Shown piece by piece: positions 1 to 12,700 of a DNA stretch of 64,000 nt (position 1 is its first letter; every line of letters begins with the position of its first letter). Below the pieces are notes generated by a model. The model did not search any database. It worked only from the letters and a program-made list of their open reading frames with translations, and was not told the origin of the DNA. A program made the position numbers and the translations under genes. The DNA is taken from NCBI GenBank assembly GCA_965655095.1, contig OZ296658.1, forward strand, positions 53,320,001 through 53,384,000, given 5' to 3'. The DNA comes from Haplodiscus bocki (lineage: Eukaryota).

Positions 1-2305
1 AGCCGCGGGACGGTAAGCTTTAAGACTAGTGGTTGTTTTGTTTTTGCGATGTGGTGGAACTCTAAAAGCTTCCATGCTTCAGGGAATATACCGGTTTTAG
101 CTATCAGGTTAATTATGTGTGGCAGTGGGACTGCAAAGTTGTGCATGTTTTCTGAGTATACCCACCAGGACATGCCAAGTGTTCGGTTGGCAGTTTTGGT
201 TTTTCATGCTTTTCCTGTGCTAACCTGGTGTAGACTGAAAACAGGAATTTGCTACCCCTTCATTTCCCTTGGTACCAACAGAGGTGACGTTTCCGCCACA
301 GATACCGAGTTGTAATGGTTGAGCTGTTGCGCCGTAATCTCTGTAATAACAAGTTGTATTGTGCTCTTGGATAATGAAGTCTGCCTCTACATCAACCACT
401 GTTTTAACACTTTTGCACACTTGGATTTTACATTCTGATCCACTAACTTCCTAACGTTGCTTTCTAGACGCCTGCACACGTCCTTTGATGTACATTCCTT
501 TCATCTTCCCAATTATATCTTTCTTTGGCGGATTGACGAACAGTGGGTCGCGTTCTTCTATAATATTTTTTTTAACGTGACATGCATCGTGTATTATGGC
601 TGTCAACAGGCTTGTAGACTCGGCGACAGCAACTGACGCATCACTTTTTTGTTCAACCAAGAAAAAGTTGTTATTACTTAGCGTTTATTCTTGGTTGCGC
701 AGCTCTGATTAATGTAAAGAACAGATCTTCGCTCGTTTCGACTGATGTGGTGGATGCCTTGTATAACCCGATGATCGGACACACAATTCATTTGGTGTTG
801 AAAACTGTCTGCGAAGACGATGCTGTCGTCACAAAGTATGAAGTCAAGCTGGCGGCCAAAGCGTGCGGACTCAATGATAACATTCTCCAATCCAAGATGC
901 AAAAACAAATCGCTTACAACCAGGTTGTTCAGATCTTCCCAACTGATTACTTTCTTTTTTCCGTACCCCTCGAAAGAATCTTCCACTGTTTCGATGATGT
1001 GGTTGACCGAAGATGCTACTTGCCTTACTCCAGGTAGGTACTTGAACGAGGCATAAAAAACTAGTTGCTTCTCGATGAGTGGGTTGAGTCAGATGATTTC
1101 AAACTCATCATGACTCTATAGGACTTGTCGCGTGAAAGCGAGATTTTGCTCCAAATATATATAAACTTCGCCATCAAATGGTTTCTGCGAGCTGCTGCCG
1201 TTCGTGTCGGTTCGTTGCTCACAATAACTGATGATTGTGATGTCTTCGTTGAGAATGCTGTGATTTAGCAACGTTTCTGTAACGGAACATTTCGATATGT
1301 CCTGCAGTGTTACCTCGGTGTTAAGGTGTAGCAGGGCGTTGTCCTCCTTAACGATCTGGCGTCCGTCACCAAGGCGTTTATCGAATTAACTTTTGGTCAA
1401 CAGCTAACCTCATCGTCGTCTGAAAGAAACTTGCTCCTTTCCTTCGTCTAACATCGTCTGTCGCTTCCACCCCTCTCTTCCTTCACCCTTGCGTTCGCAT
1501 TCTGATTGTCTGCATCTGGCAGTTTCCGTTAATTGTAAATTTGGTGTTTGTATGTCTTTAGTGGAGTGCATATATCAAAATTTTCCAGGGATAACCTCGG
1601 GCTATCAAAGTGGACAATCAAGGCTCTGTTCGGCTTAGTTTGTGTGCTTGTCTCAACCCCGAACACGTCCTAGACAGTAACTTTGGATTCTTCGAGGTGC
1701 GTTGGAACGTCATCAATCTGGGACATCTTTTTCCAATAGTTTAGACTGGCTCTCTCTGTTCAGCAGAGGAGTGTAAGTAGCGGTGCCTTTTACCATCTTC
1801 GTACTTCGAACTTGCGAGAAGAGCAGTATATTAAAAACCGCGGTTCTAAAGTATTAAATTAATTCATCGCAAATTATTACTCTACCGATAACATACTTCA
1901 ATGGTCGGAAAACCAACTAATGCATAAGGTAAGAGAAGCAAAAAACAGCAGCTACCCTGAGACACTAGTCAAACTCCTATTTCGAAGTCTGAGAAACTAA
2001 ACTAACAAATACTTCTACATAGCTTTGGAGCTTTCGGGTAGCCTCTCGAAAAGGTTAAGACCTTATAGAGGGTCCTCTACATGTGCATATGCAGGATATT
2101 TCTTTCAAGTGTATATGTCATTTAAGATGCGCATGTGGAAAATAAAGTCTTTCTTTCACCTCGGGCGTTCTCATCCTTAATCCTGTTCCATCGGGTTCGC
2201 GTGACTTTCGTGTGCCGAGTTGAGAAGCGTTCCTATTCGAGTCACTGAGAATCCATTTTTTCCTTGCTTTGACGGGTTCCGATTTTCAGATCATCCCTCC
2301 TAACA
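1..2305. mobile_element. Probable decayed LTR-retroelement fragment: long stop-riddled minus-strand reading frame (~1790 to <220) next to an LTR-like terminus ending ...CCTAACA at 2305
   Basis: ORF-track pieces 678-986, 451-660 and 220-420 read as one continuous minus-strand frame broken by a few stops. Region ~2060-2305 has AATAAA (2141) and ends in TAACA (TGTTA on the minus strand), a typical LTR end. No domain recognised, no PPT or second LTR seen, and orientation is ambiguous. Confidence 0.35.
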
Positions 2306-3458
2306 AAATCTTTTTTTAGATTAAGTTTCGTTATTTTTAGATAAAGTATGAATGGAGGACTTAGCTCGGCGAAGATGTACTATGGTTTCTTTTTACAAGC
2401 CAGCAATTCAGTCCCGTATGATCTTTTCTGTTAGGTGTTGGAATCTTTATCAGAGTGTACAAGTTCCTCCACAGTAGGGTAGTAGTATCTTCCTCCAGGC
2501 TGAGTTGTTTTGGTAGAGTGGGTCCTCGTCGTCAGTTGCCATTTCAGAATATGAACTTATTTAATAAATTTATCTCAGCAATCAGCTAAACAAAAGCATA
2601 ATTCATGCCTGATAAGGGCGAGTTTCAAACACTTTCGTTGATAAGAAATGTAAAAGCTGATTGAGAAGTCGGCCGTCTGATTTGGTGTCAAACGTTTTGA
2701 ATATATTTACTAAAAATTACATCTTAGTAATTACCTCTTCTGAAATATCTTTATTGAAGCAATCTCTTCTGTCACGAAATATATTGCGGCTGCCTTCGCC
2801 TTTTTTCAAAGTTCTGAGGATTACTATACAATGAAACTTGCTGTTAGGCTCCCAATTTTTTACATGGTCACCAATTTCTCCAATCGCTAGCCCTGCTCAT
2901 CATTGGAAGCTCTTACAGTTGAAGGCAGTTTTGTATGCAGTTTTATACAATTTCACAGTATTCTGAACTAAAGCTAAAATGGCCGGTGAAAAAGCTACTC
3001 TTGACTATCAGTTCGACGACACAGCAATTGATGGAACCTCAGAAAGAAGTGAAATTTTATATTAACCAAATCTCTAAATATTCATATGGAGGTAGTATCT
3101 AAAAAGTTGTAGTAAAAATTCACATTCCTTTTTCTAGAACGGTGATTTTTGATGCCTGATCAACTCATTTTCATCTTTAGTTTCGACATATCCTTCAATT
3201 TTAGCTCCATATGGTTGGGAAAAACTTTTGTGCATATCATCGGAAGCCCCGTGGCATTGCAGCCTAGCTCTCGGGCCTATTGGCCGTCGAAGCCGGGCTT
3301 CAATGCCCTCGGGCCTCCAATAGCAATGTCCAAGCATAGTCTTAATGATCTATATATGTATACTGATAGTCAGTTTTCAAAAATTCATCCGTTTGCTGCA
3401 TATAGAAAGGTGATGAAAACGAAAGGCTATTTTCAGATTTTGGCAAGAATCAATATCA

Positions 3459-3712
3459 ATGAAACTTACAGCGACTGTCGGGGACAAGACATCTGAAAGC
3501 TCACAAATAGCCAATCGAGCAGAATCGTCTTTTTCTACACAAGCTCCAAAGTGTGCGAACTGCAATTTGGAAATCAAAGAAAAAACTTACACCAAGGTTT
3601 TGGATCGGTCCTGGCATAATGCGTGTTTCAAATGCTGTGCATGTCGTTCAAAACTGGACTCTAAATGCTTCACACGCGATGGATTCGTGTTTTGTCAAAA
3701 CGATTTCCAAAG
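3459..3712 (+). CDS. Lhx exon encoding LIM domain 1
   Basis: CxxC-x16-WHxxCxxCxxC...CxxDF; acceptor tttcag ends 3436, donor AG|gttact at 3712/3713. Confidence 0.9.
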
Positions 3713-6700
3713 GTTACTTTCAAAGTTATGAGCATCTCCGAATTGATTTTTCTAGAGTTTCCGCTACAGTCTTCAAAAGGTATTGTGCGAGGTCTGTCTT
3801 CTGGATCCCCTTCCTTTTTTTGGTTGAGAAAATAAATAACTCTTTTATTTTAGCCAAGCGTGGTATCGGTGCAGTGGATGTAATAGGAATATTTCACCAG
3901 AGGAGTTAGTACAAAGAATTCACGACTACATTTTCCACGTGTCATGTCTTACGTGTTCTGTCTGTGGATCGCACTTACAAACTGGAGACAAGATTTTTAT
4001 TGTTCACGGTTACCCTTGCAAAGTGTATTGCGACAGTGACTACCGGCAACATATAATTGCCCAGAACCCAAATGAAAGTTCGAAAGTGCCACCTGTTGGA
4101 GGAAAATGGATGCCTTTGATGCCAAATGGCAATCCTCTTCCGTCCAAGTTCAACTGGCCTTCACAACTTGATATGGGAACAAACATCATACCAAGCTCAC
4201 TCCCACCACCACATACGCCTTACAATGGTGGAGCAGGGTTGCCTACAATGCCTGGCTATGCTCCTCACTCACCCGCTCAACATGATCCAAGTTAGTATTT
4301 TTCAAGATGAAAGTGTGGTCCAGAAATTATTCAAGACTAAAGTTTACTTTGAACGGCTGATGTTATTTTCAATTGTAGTTCAAGTTGATCCTTGTTCATT
4401 AAGCTTCAACATCCTTCGATATGAAAAATAATTGTTTGATTTCTAGTGCTTAACCCTTTATCGGCCGTTGTCTTTTATACGCAACATATTATATCTTCAA
4501 GTGTGATGTGTAATTTTTGGCCTGAGAAAACACACTGGAGCTCCACATTACTATGATTCTAACTGGTATGTTTTCGCTTATTGCAAATTGAAAGACCGAT
4601 TGGACAGTCCTATCATATAAGTGTTTTGTGGTAGGTCTGAGTTGAGTATAAAATTACGAAATTTCAGAAATCTACCCAAAAGTTTCGTTCAATCAATTCT
4701 GACCAGATGTCCTCATTTAACTGATTTCACCTGTTCAGGTAACTACGTGTTACACATTACCCCATTGCGTTAAAGACTAAGAACCCAATAGTAGTCCTAT
4801 GTTAGAAGCCTCAGCGGTGTGGCCGCCCGAAGTAGAGGTACCGGGAAAAGAAAAATTTTAAGAGGGCGCATGGCGACAGGGGTTCTCCAAAAAAAGTGAA
4901 AGCTTAATAATACACCTTTTAAATGAGCTATAGATCATATCTCAGTTCAGAGCAGTTTTTGAGAAAATTTAACCTAACATTTTTCCCTCAATTTTTTGAA
5001 AGTCATGAAAACATATTGGTCCATGAAGGATTAACTTGTGATCCGTTAGTTTCTATTCCTGGGTTTTGCCAGTCATTTACATTTAAATCATTGTTCAAAG
5101 CTCATATGATACGATCTTGATCCTCTAAATTTTTGTTTGAGGTCCAAATAAAAACTAGTTCGATTTGACAGCTTCTACACACATTTTCGAGTATCTTCAG
5201 ATGATCAAAACCGATAATTTCAAACCTGATTTCATAGAAAATCACAGAAAAAAAATCACAACCACAGATGAATTTTACAAGCTGAAAGTTGGTTGACGGA
5301 AATGAAAAGTATTTAATAGGAAAATGGGGATAAAATTGCCCATTGTGCGTGCTAATCGATATGTGCTAGTATTGTTGAATTGTGATAAGATCAAATGTCA
5401 TTTTTGACCAGTTTCCTACATCTGAAATAGATAACAAGCTCAGAATACTAACTTCGACGCTGTATGTGAGAATTTTAAAAAGTAGTCGGGGTTGGGGAAG
5501 TATCTTGGGAAGTTTTGGTGTTCACAAACTTTTGTTTTTCGCAAATGAGAAATTGCCAAAAAAAAGTCGGAACTTTTTTTTCTTCATTAATGTTTCGTAC
5601 TAAGCAAGGAGGTGAATGTTTTTCAAGGTGTCGCACGGTTTGGATGAGTAGAAAGCTATTGGGATTTTGGCCTTTCGAGCATGTACTTGTGACTTGAAAA
5701 CCTTTTCGTCTTACCCTATAGACCACCATGGCACGTTGTGCTTTTACCTGCTTGAGTAATGTAGCTGTGAGCTGGCGGCCGACAAAGTTGGCAAAACAAT
5801 AATTAAAGCTAGCAACTCTGAATGTTCGTAAAGATTTAGTTTTGTTATATACGACCAATAATTACGGGGTGTGAAACAAGGTGTTGGTAGTTTGCAGCTC
5901 GAACAATACCTGCCGATAAAGACTCACCATTTTACCATTTTCACACCTCAGCCAGAAATTATAACCTGAATGAATACCTACCCCAATATTCTGCCCCAAT
6001 CTTTAAAAGATTGAGGACAATCATTTGAGAGCTTGAGCAATCCAAATTCACTTCAATTTTACTGCTTGTATTAACGTTACAAATGGAATTCATAAAGTAT
6101 TCACGGGAAAAAGCCATTGTTACTGCTCAAAGACAATGTTTTAACACAAAGGGAACGACGCAGTGACGGTACGCCAGAGAAAGAGCCTGCAAATTACTGA
6201 GAACTTGGAGCGACAAAATTTTCAAAATTAAACATTGAGAACAATCGTCTGCCAGCGGAGGAAAAAAAATTGAAGCGAAGAAATTGATGAACACTACTAT
6301 AAAAGGCCGAGGAAAAACTACCATGGAAAAATTCAGCCCAATGGTGCAGGAGTCATGTGAAAGCACTGTAAAAGACGATATTGACGTAATTCTTCCCAAC
6401 TTCGATGCTGACCTTCAGACAATTACAAGAGAAAAAATCCTCGCAATCACATCGACTAATCCGATCTCCCGGAAAGATGATAGATTGCTCAAACTTCTAC
6501 TGAAATCAGTGAAGCTGTTCTTTTCTATGACAGTGGTATGATAAGGCGAAGAATCATTGTGTTTGCTACGAAAAACGTTGATTTAATGAGAGACTACCGC
6601 GGTTGGCAGTGGGATGGAGTATTGAAAAATTGTCCGCAGCTGTTATCACTTTTTGACATGTCACTGAATTGTGCATGGCTCACTCGTACCTTAAATCGAC

Positions 6701-9700
6701 TTCTTAACCTTGAATTTCTATCAAGTAATTGAATAAATGAAACTCCAAGACTATAAAAACACGTTTCGCTAGATTGATCCACATCTTACGAGTGCCATAT
6801 ATGAATTTATGTCATACATACCAGCAATCCAGGCTTTGCTTTTGAATAAACGAAAGCTTGTGATGAGCAATTGTTTGCCAAATGGATTGCTTGTGGCCTA
6901 TCACGCTAGTTGTTTACTTCAAAGTAGCCGTGACCAACGCCGCTGAAAGAAATTTAGTAGAATAGAACGATATTCCTTTTCCACCGATTGCCGACTTTTT
7001 GCAGTCCAAATTGAGCCCGCGCCTGATCAAAACACCTTTTCTGTTTGTGAATTTTGTGACTTTTAACCGCGAATTAGTTTATGAACGATTGAGAAGCTGT
7101 CCTTTTCTCCGAGAAAAATGTCCAACTTTCTGAAGACAACTATAGTTGAAAACTTCGCAGTGTAGCTAATTATAAACATCTTATCATGGCATTTTCTGAC
7201 GTATTTTGAAGTGTTGGATTTTAATAAACTGCTCTAAGAAGAAATGAGTGGTGTTGACATGGACAAAAGATTGGCAGCAAATGACATGGACTAGTAAGAT
7301 AGTGAAAACGTTTTAAAATGATCTTACGGTCACATCTTGTTAGTAAAACCTGTTAACGCATGGCTTTTATTTCCCCAAGGGCGTTTTTGCCTAGCTTTGT
7401 ACACTTAATGCTCCCGTTGGATGGCAGAAAATCCAAAGGGGATAACAATGGCGATGCGTGTAAAATATTTTGTTTCTTTTGGGCCAAAAGGTGTCCAGGA
7501 AAATAATCGAGGTTGGATGTAATTATTGTGAAATACAACGTATTCTGTCATCAGTATACGTTGACAACTGCGTTAGCTTTCCCGTCCGCAGAAGATGCTA
7601 TCGGAGGCTGCAGATGCATTGCGTCGTCTTCGGACAAAGAATAATATGAAATTCTTGATCCTTCTGAAAAAATTTGCCTCGGAAAGGTAGTTATGTGCAA
7701 GTGAATGCACGCCGTCTCGATGGAGTAACCAACCAGCAAATTTGTGCTAAGAATGCAATGGAAGCTTTCATCATTGTCATCTTCAGCCACAGTGAAAATT
7801 GTAAACAGCCCCGACTATTCCCGTAGGAGAAATTTTGAAGAGAACGCGTTTTCCGAAACGAATTTGGCCCACATTTTCACAGCGTATCCAAGAAAACGAA
7901 CAAGTTGCTCAACGAAAAGTTTGCTTCTTGTGTTCATTTTGGAAGCGCTTTTGCTTGGATGCAGATTCCCCCAGGGTTGTTTTTTAAGAAAGCTAGGCGT
8001 AATTGCAATGAATGTGGCAAGCGCTTACCAACCTTCTAGTCTAGGTCCATGGTTCGGCAGTACTAATTATGAAATTGTTTTCAAAGGTACAACTCAATCT
8101 AAATTTGCGAAACTGCGTAGTTCCCAGTGAAAAATTCCTGGGGGTCTTTTGGTCTAGATGTTGCCTTTCTTCGTGACTGGGTAATGGATTTTTGTAGATG
8201 TCAAAGTTTAATGAGGAGATAATCTTGGTAACTAAAATAGGCAGTTGGGACCTTCAATAAGGTGAGAACGACCTGAGGGTGAAGGACATCATGGAACAAG
8301 TCGGCGCTACTCGTACGGGTCAACATATGTTATGGGGGGATCACGAATTTTCTGCAGTTGATTTTGGAAAATTTGTATTGAGATTTTTGGGTTTTTTGAT
8401 TTTTTCTTATAAGTTTCAGGGCTTTTGTTTCTTTCCAGGACAACCGGAGACTTAGGACCCTAATACTAGGCTGTAGAATTTCGTTGTTTGGATTTTCTTA
8501 AAATACAAAAGCCACTGTAATAGTCGAGCATTTTTCTAGAATGAGCCGCTAAAAATTATGCATTCGTGTTTCAGGGGAATGACTAATTTTGAAATCTTGC
8601 AGCATCGAAAAAATTCGTAGGACTCTGTTGTTTCTGAAGGCCTTCTAAGGAAAGGCAGGTGCTTCTGGAAGGCAAGCTTTAAAAGCAAAGGCATGGAAGA
8701 GAGGACAATTTACAGGAGTCTTTGAAAAAGTCACATCTACGGTCGGCTTCTTCACGAAGCTCTGACTAATTATCACCGAGATTGGCAATGATCAGTTTAA
8801 CTGGGTGTTGTCCAGAATTGAGTTCTATAAAGCCATTAACCATGTTTTATTTTATCAGATGGATATAACAGAGTGCCACCCACCCAACTTTCAGCTGGCC
8901 CTCAGAACGGTTCCTCATACTTGCAACACCCTTCGCATGCGCCTTCACAACCAACTCCAACTCATCACTATGGCCACAGTTACCCCCAACCACAGCAACA
9001 GCAGCCCCCTCCTCCAGCGCCTTCATCTCAAACAGTGGCTCCTCAACAACCTTTTCCCACCTTTCCTCACCAGCCAATTGCGCAGCACCCTCCAAACTAC
9101 AAACAAGCTCCCCTACACCCTAATCAACATACTCCGGCCCCTCAACAACAGTCACAGCAAGCAGCCAGGTACGTAGAAGAATCAGCAACTACTGCGGGGG
9201 GACTACAGAATGGGCACAACTCTAATATTGCATACCAGCAGCAACAGCATCACCAACAACAAACTCCTTTAATGCCGTCTTCCACATCTAACCACAACAC
9301 TTCACAACAGCCGCCGACCCAAACCCACCCACAACCAAGCTACGTCCTATGCCCACAACCCAGTCAAGTCCCAGCATTGCCACCACATATAATACATAAT
9401 GCCGATAGCAACAAGTGAGTACTTCAAATACGTTTTCGTCATCAAAGCTTGACAATTGCGGCGATCAAAATGCTAATTGTCCTGAAAAAAAATAGCCTTG
9501 GTTGCAAACAACTCAAAGGTACGAAGATGTGAAAATTGGATATATGATTTGTTGAGTCGCCCGAAGTTCAAAAGTACTTCAATCCTCATACTTTTTGAAG
9601 TCTGGTGGCTTCGATTGATGTGTGTTTGAAGAGTTTAACAGGAAAATGGATTTGTGATTTATTTGGTCATTTCGGATTTTTTTGTATCCAAATACTATAG

Positions 9701-12700
9701 CCAAGGTTAATCTTTATGATGTTGATAGTGTCGCAATTGAGGGAAATAATGGCCCTTCGGGAACTGCAAGTGGGGATCAATTCCAGCCCAACAATCTCAC
9801 TACTCCTAGTTTCTCTGCAACACAACAGACTTCACAGCTGTCCTCACAGCTACCCCAGCAAGTAGCTCACCTACAAAAAGCAGCAGCAACCCCGGGTCTC
9901 AACTTCGCAGGCAGTAGTGCTTTCAGTCCTTGTTCTTCGTCTCAGGCTCTGGCGTCACACAAGCAACAGCAATCCAACACCGGTCCTGCTTCTCTGACTT
10001 CACTGCTTCATGCGGCTCCTCCCACTGGGTCTGGGCCCAGTAGTGTAGTGGGGGTTCATAATGGAACTGGGACCGTGATTGGACTAGGCATGGGGGTACC
10101 AGCAGCCGGACAGATGAACCCGGCTCACCAGCAAAGTGGTTTCAAAAACAGCAGCGTCAATGGCGACGATGAAAAATCAAGCGATAATCTGTCTGTTTGC
10201 AGCGAGGTATAATCAACTTTTCTGAGTTTAATGCACACTAGCCATTTCAACTCACATTGATGGGAAATTTTCAAAGTACAGTCGTGTTAAAAATAAACGC
10301 ATCAAAGCGCAGATCTCAAATTCGAGTATAAGAAAAACCATTAGAATTTTCAAAATAAACGCTTCCTAAAAGTTTCTTAGAATTTCATCTAGTTTACAAT
10401 CGTTTTTGTTCGAAACGTCTACGGTCAAAATTGCAAAAGTTACACAAGCCATTTGTTGGCAATTTTGGCTGAAATTAGCGGTTTTTTCCAGTTTTGATGC
10501 AGTTTAAAAATTGTTTTCTGGCAAAATTTTCCTGAAAATCTTGAAGGCACTGACATGTTTTCAATCAAAAACTGATTTGAAATTGTGGAAAAAATCGAGA
10601 TCACATCCGAAAAAACCGATTTTTAAATTTACATGCTTCAACATAGGATTTAGAAATTTGCAAATTTTGAAACTTCCATTTTATGGAAAATTTCTGCATA
10701 ACTTTGCTTTTAAGAGGTATCAGTCGCATGAAATTCAGGAGGTTCTTGTGGGGGAAAATTTTTGCGAAGAGCATTCTATAATACACTCAAAATTAGGCAA
10801 AGGTGCAAAATCAATAGAAATTGTCTCAGGTGGACCAATAGTATTTGCGTATTTGTTTTAAATAGCAAGTGAGATTTCTCAAATTAGGTCTATTTTGAGT
10901 TTCTTGATGCGTTTATTTTTAACACGACACTCGTGATCTTGAAGTTTGGCGCGAGCGAATCGTCTGATAACTTCAGATTGCGTATGGGTTCTATCGTTCC
11001 CGGTGTTGAAAAGGAGGATTACTGAATACTTCATTTTACTTTGACCACTCGGTGGTTTGGAGTAGTTTTAGAACGAGGAGTGAATTTAACAAAAACAAGA
11101 CATCAAAACTTGATGTTTAGTGTCAAACATTCAAAGTTCAGTCAAACAGAAATCTCCGATCAATTGGTTGGAAAAATCTTGAACTCGACATGATGACATT
11201 GAATATGTCACAACGACTGTAGAATATATCAATAACTAAATGGAACGTCAAGAAATCTGTTGAGTTCAAAATTTTTCGCATCAATTATGTGAAAGCTGTT
11301 CATTTATTTCTTTCGAATAGGGATCACGTTAATAAGGCTCTCTTCTGCCCGCTGTCAGCCCTCGGTAAACAATCGTTGTATTTAATTTGTTTCAAGTTTT
11401 CGTGATGGATTTATGGCCTCCTGGAAATTGAAATAAATTAGTAAACAAGACACCCGGATACTACCGGGTTATTTTCCGCTCTACAACGTTAAAAATGCGT
11501 TTTGAGGAAAATATACCGTTCTATATGCGTTCTATAACCATATTGACTCGCTTTTTTATTTGAAAAAATCTGATTTTTTTAAAGGAAACCTAAATTTTGG
11601 TTGCAAAAAGGCATATCTAATGGTACCATTTTGTTTGCATTCTAAATCAAGTTTGTTGCTTTTTCCCAAGTTTTGAAAAAATTGTTTTCACAAAATGCCA
11701 ACTTTTTTCACCTATAAACTTCCTCCATACTCTTAGGCGATCATCTCTCTGGTGAAAGTGAAGTCCAACAAGAAATTGCGTACGGATGCCAAATTTTATT
11801 GATTTTGCTGAAATTGAATTCCTTTGTTTGTATCCTAATTCTTTTCAAGGTCTTCGCTATTCAAGGTATTCCAAAATATCCAAGTAGCTATTAATCTACG
11901 GATATCTGTCATCAGCCTATAATCTATTGCTCCTATAGGAATCTCCGTCTGATGGAATGTGTGGGGTTTTGTGCAAGCACTGACTGGTCAAAAATAGTGA
12001 TCCTATTTTGCATAAACGCAGCTTTCGTATATTATTCAATGCAATTATCGACAAACAATTAGGATTTAATCACGTATACATGCAATGCAGTTGAAGATGC
12101 CTGAATTTTCATTAATGACATTAGAATATTTTCATTTCAGTTTCATGCTCATATCGCTCTTTTCAATATTGAAGGCGAAAGATATTATAGGGACTACGTC
12201 GACCTTTTTTTGAGACCATACATTGCTACATTCCGATACTTCTGCCTCACTTACGTGAGGTTGCCTACGTTGCATTTTAAATGGAAATATGGCGGCGAGA
12301 CAGGAAATAACTTTGCACCTTTTTAGCGCCAAGATGCACGCTAATCTGTAAGCTTTTAAGTAAAATGATTGGTAATTTGTTAATCTGTGAGTTTCAATGA
12401 CAGATAATTTAACGTTTTTCCTTAAAATGGCTATTTTTGCCCAAGGTTTTAGAATTTCACCGGCCCAAAGAACTTTTCGCCCAGAATTTACTCGTACTAG
12501 TATAAACGAAGGAATAAAAAAATAACGATTTTGCCGGAAAAAAAAACGCGATTGTGTGTTTTTCATGTGCTTAATCTGGGTTAGTATGTTTTTTTGCCAT
12601 TATCAATCTTTTGCTTTCTCAACTCACTTTCCAACTACGCAATGACAATAAATCAATAAAATCATTGATCTCCATAGACTTCTTCAAATTTTTTGAAAAA

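Noticed and set aside
2979-3064. Upstream first coding exon of the Lhx gene (MAGEKATLDYQF...)
   Set aside because: The only evident donor is in the wrong phase for the 3437 acceptor; cannot be supported without cDNA
4788-4900. Second Polinton terminus (AGTAGT followed by a GC-rich stretch)
   Set aside because: No convincing similarity to 61064 onward and no Polinton genes nearby
4450-5921. piggyBac-like element (TTAA-CCCTTTATCGGC left end)
   Set aside because: Only a partial inverted match (GCCGATAAAG at ~5913) with no GGG-TTAA right end
8575-8660. Penelope GIY-YIG C-terminal relic (NFEILQH...SEGLLRK)
   Set aside because: Too short and degenerate to support
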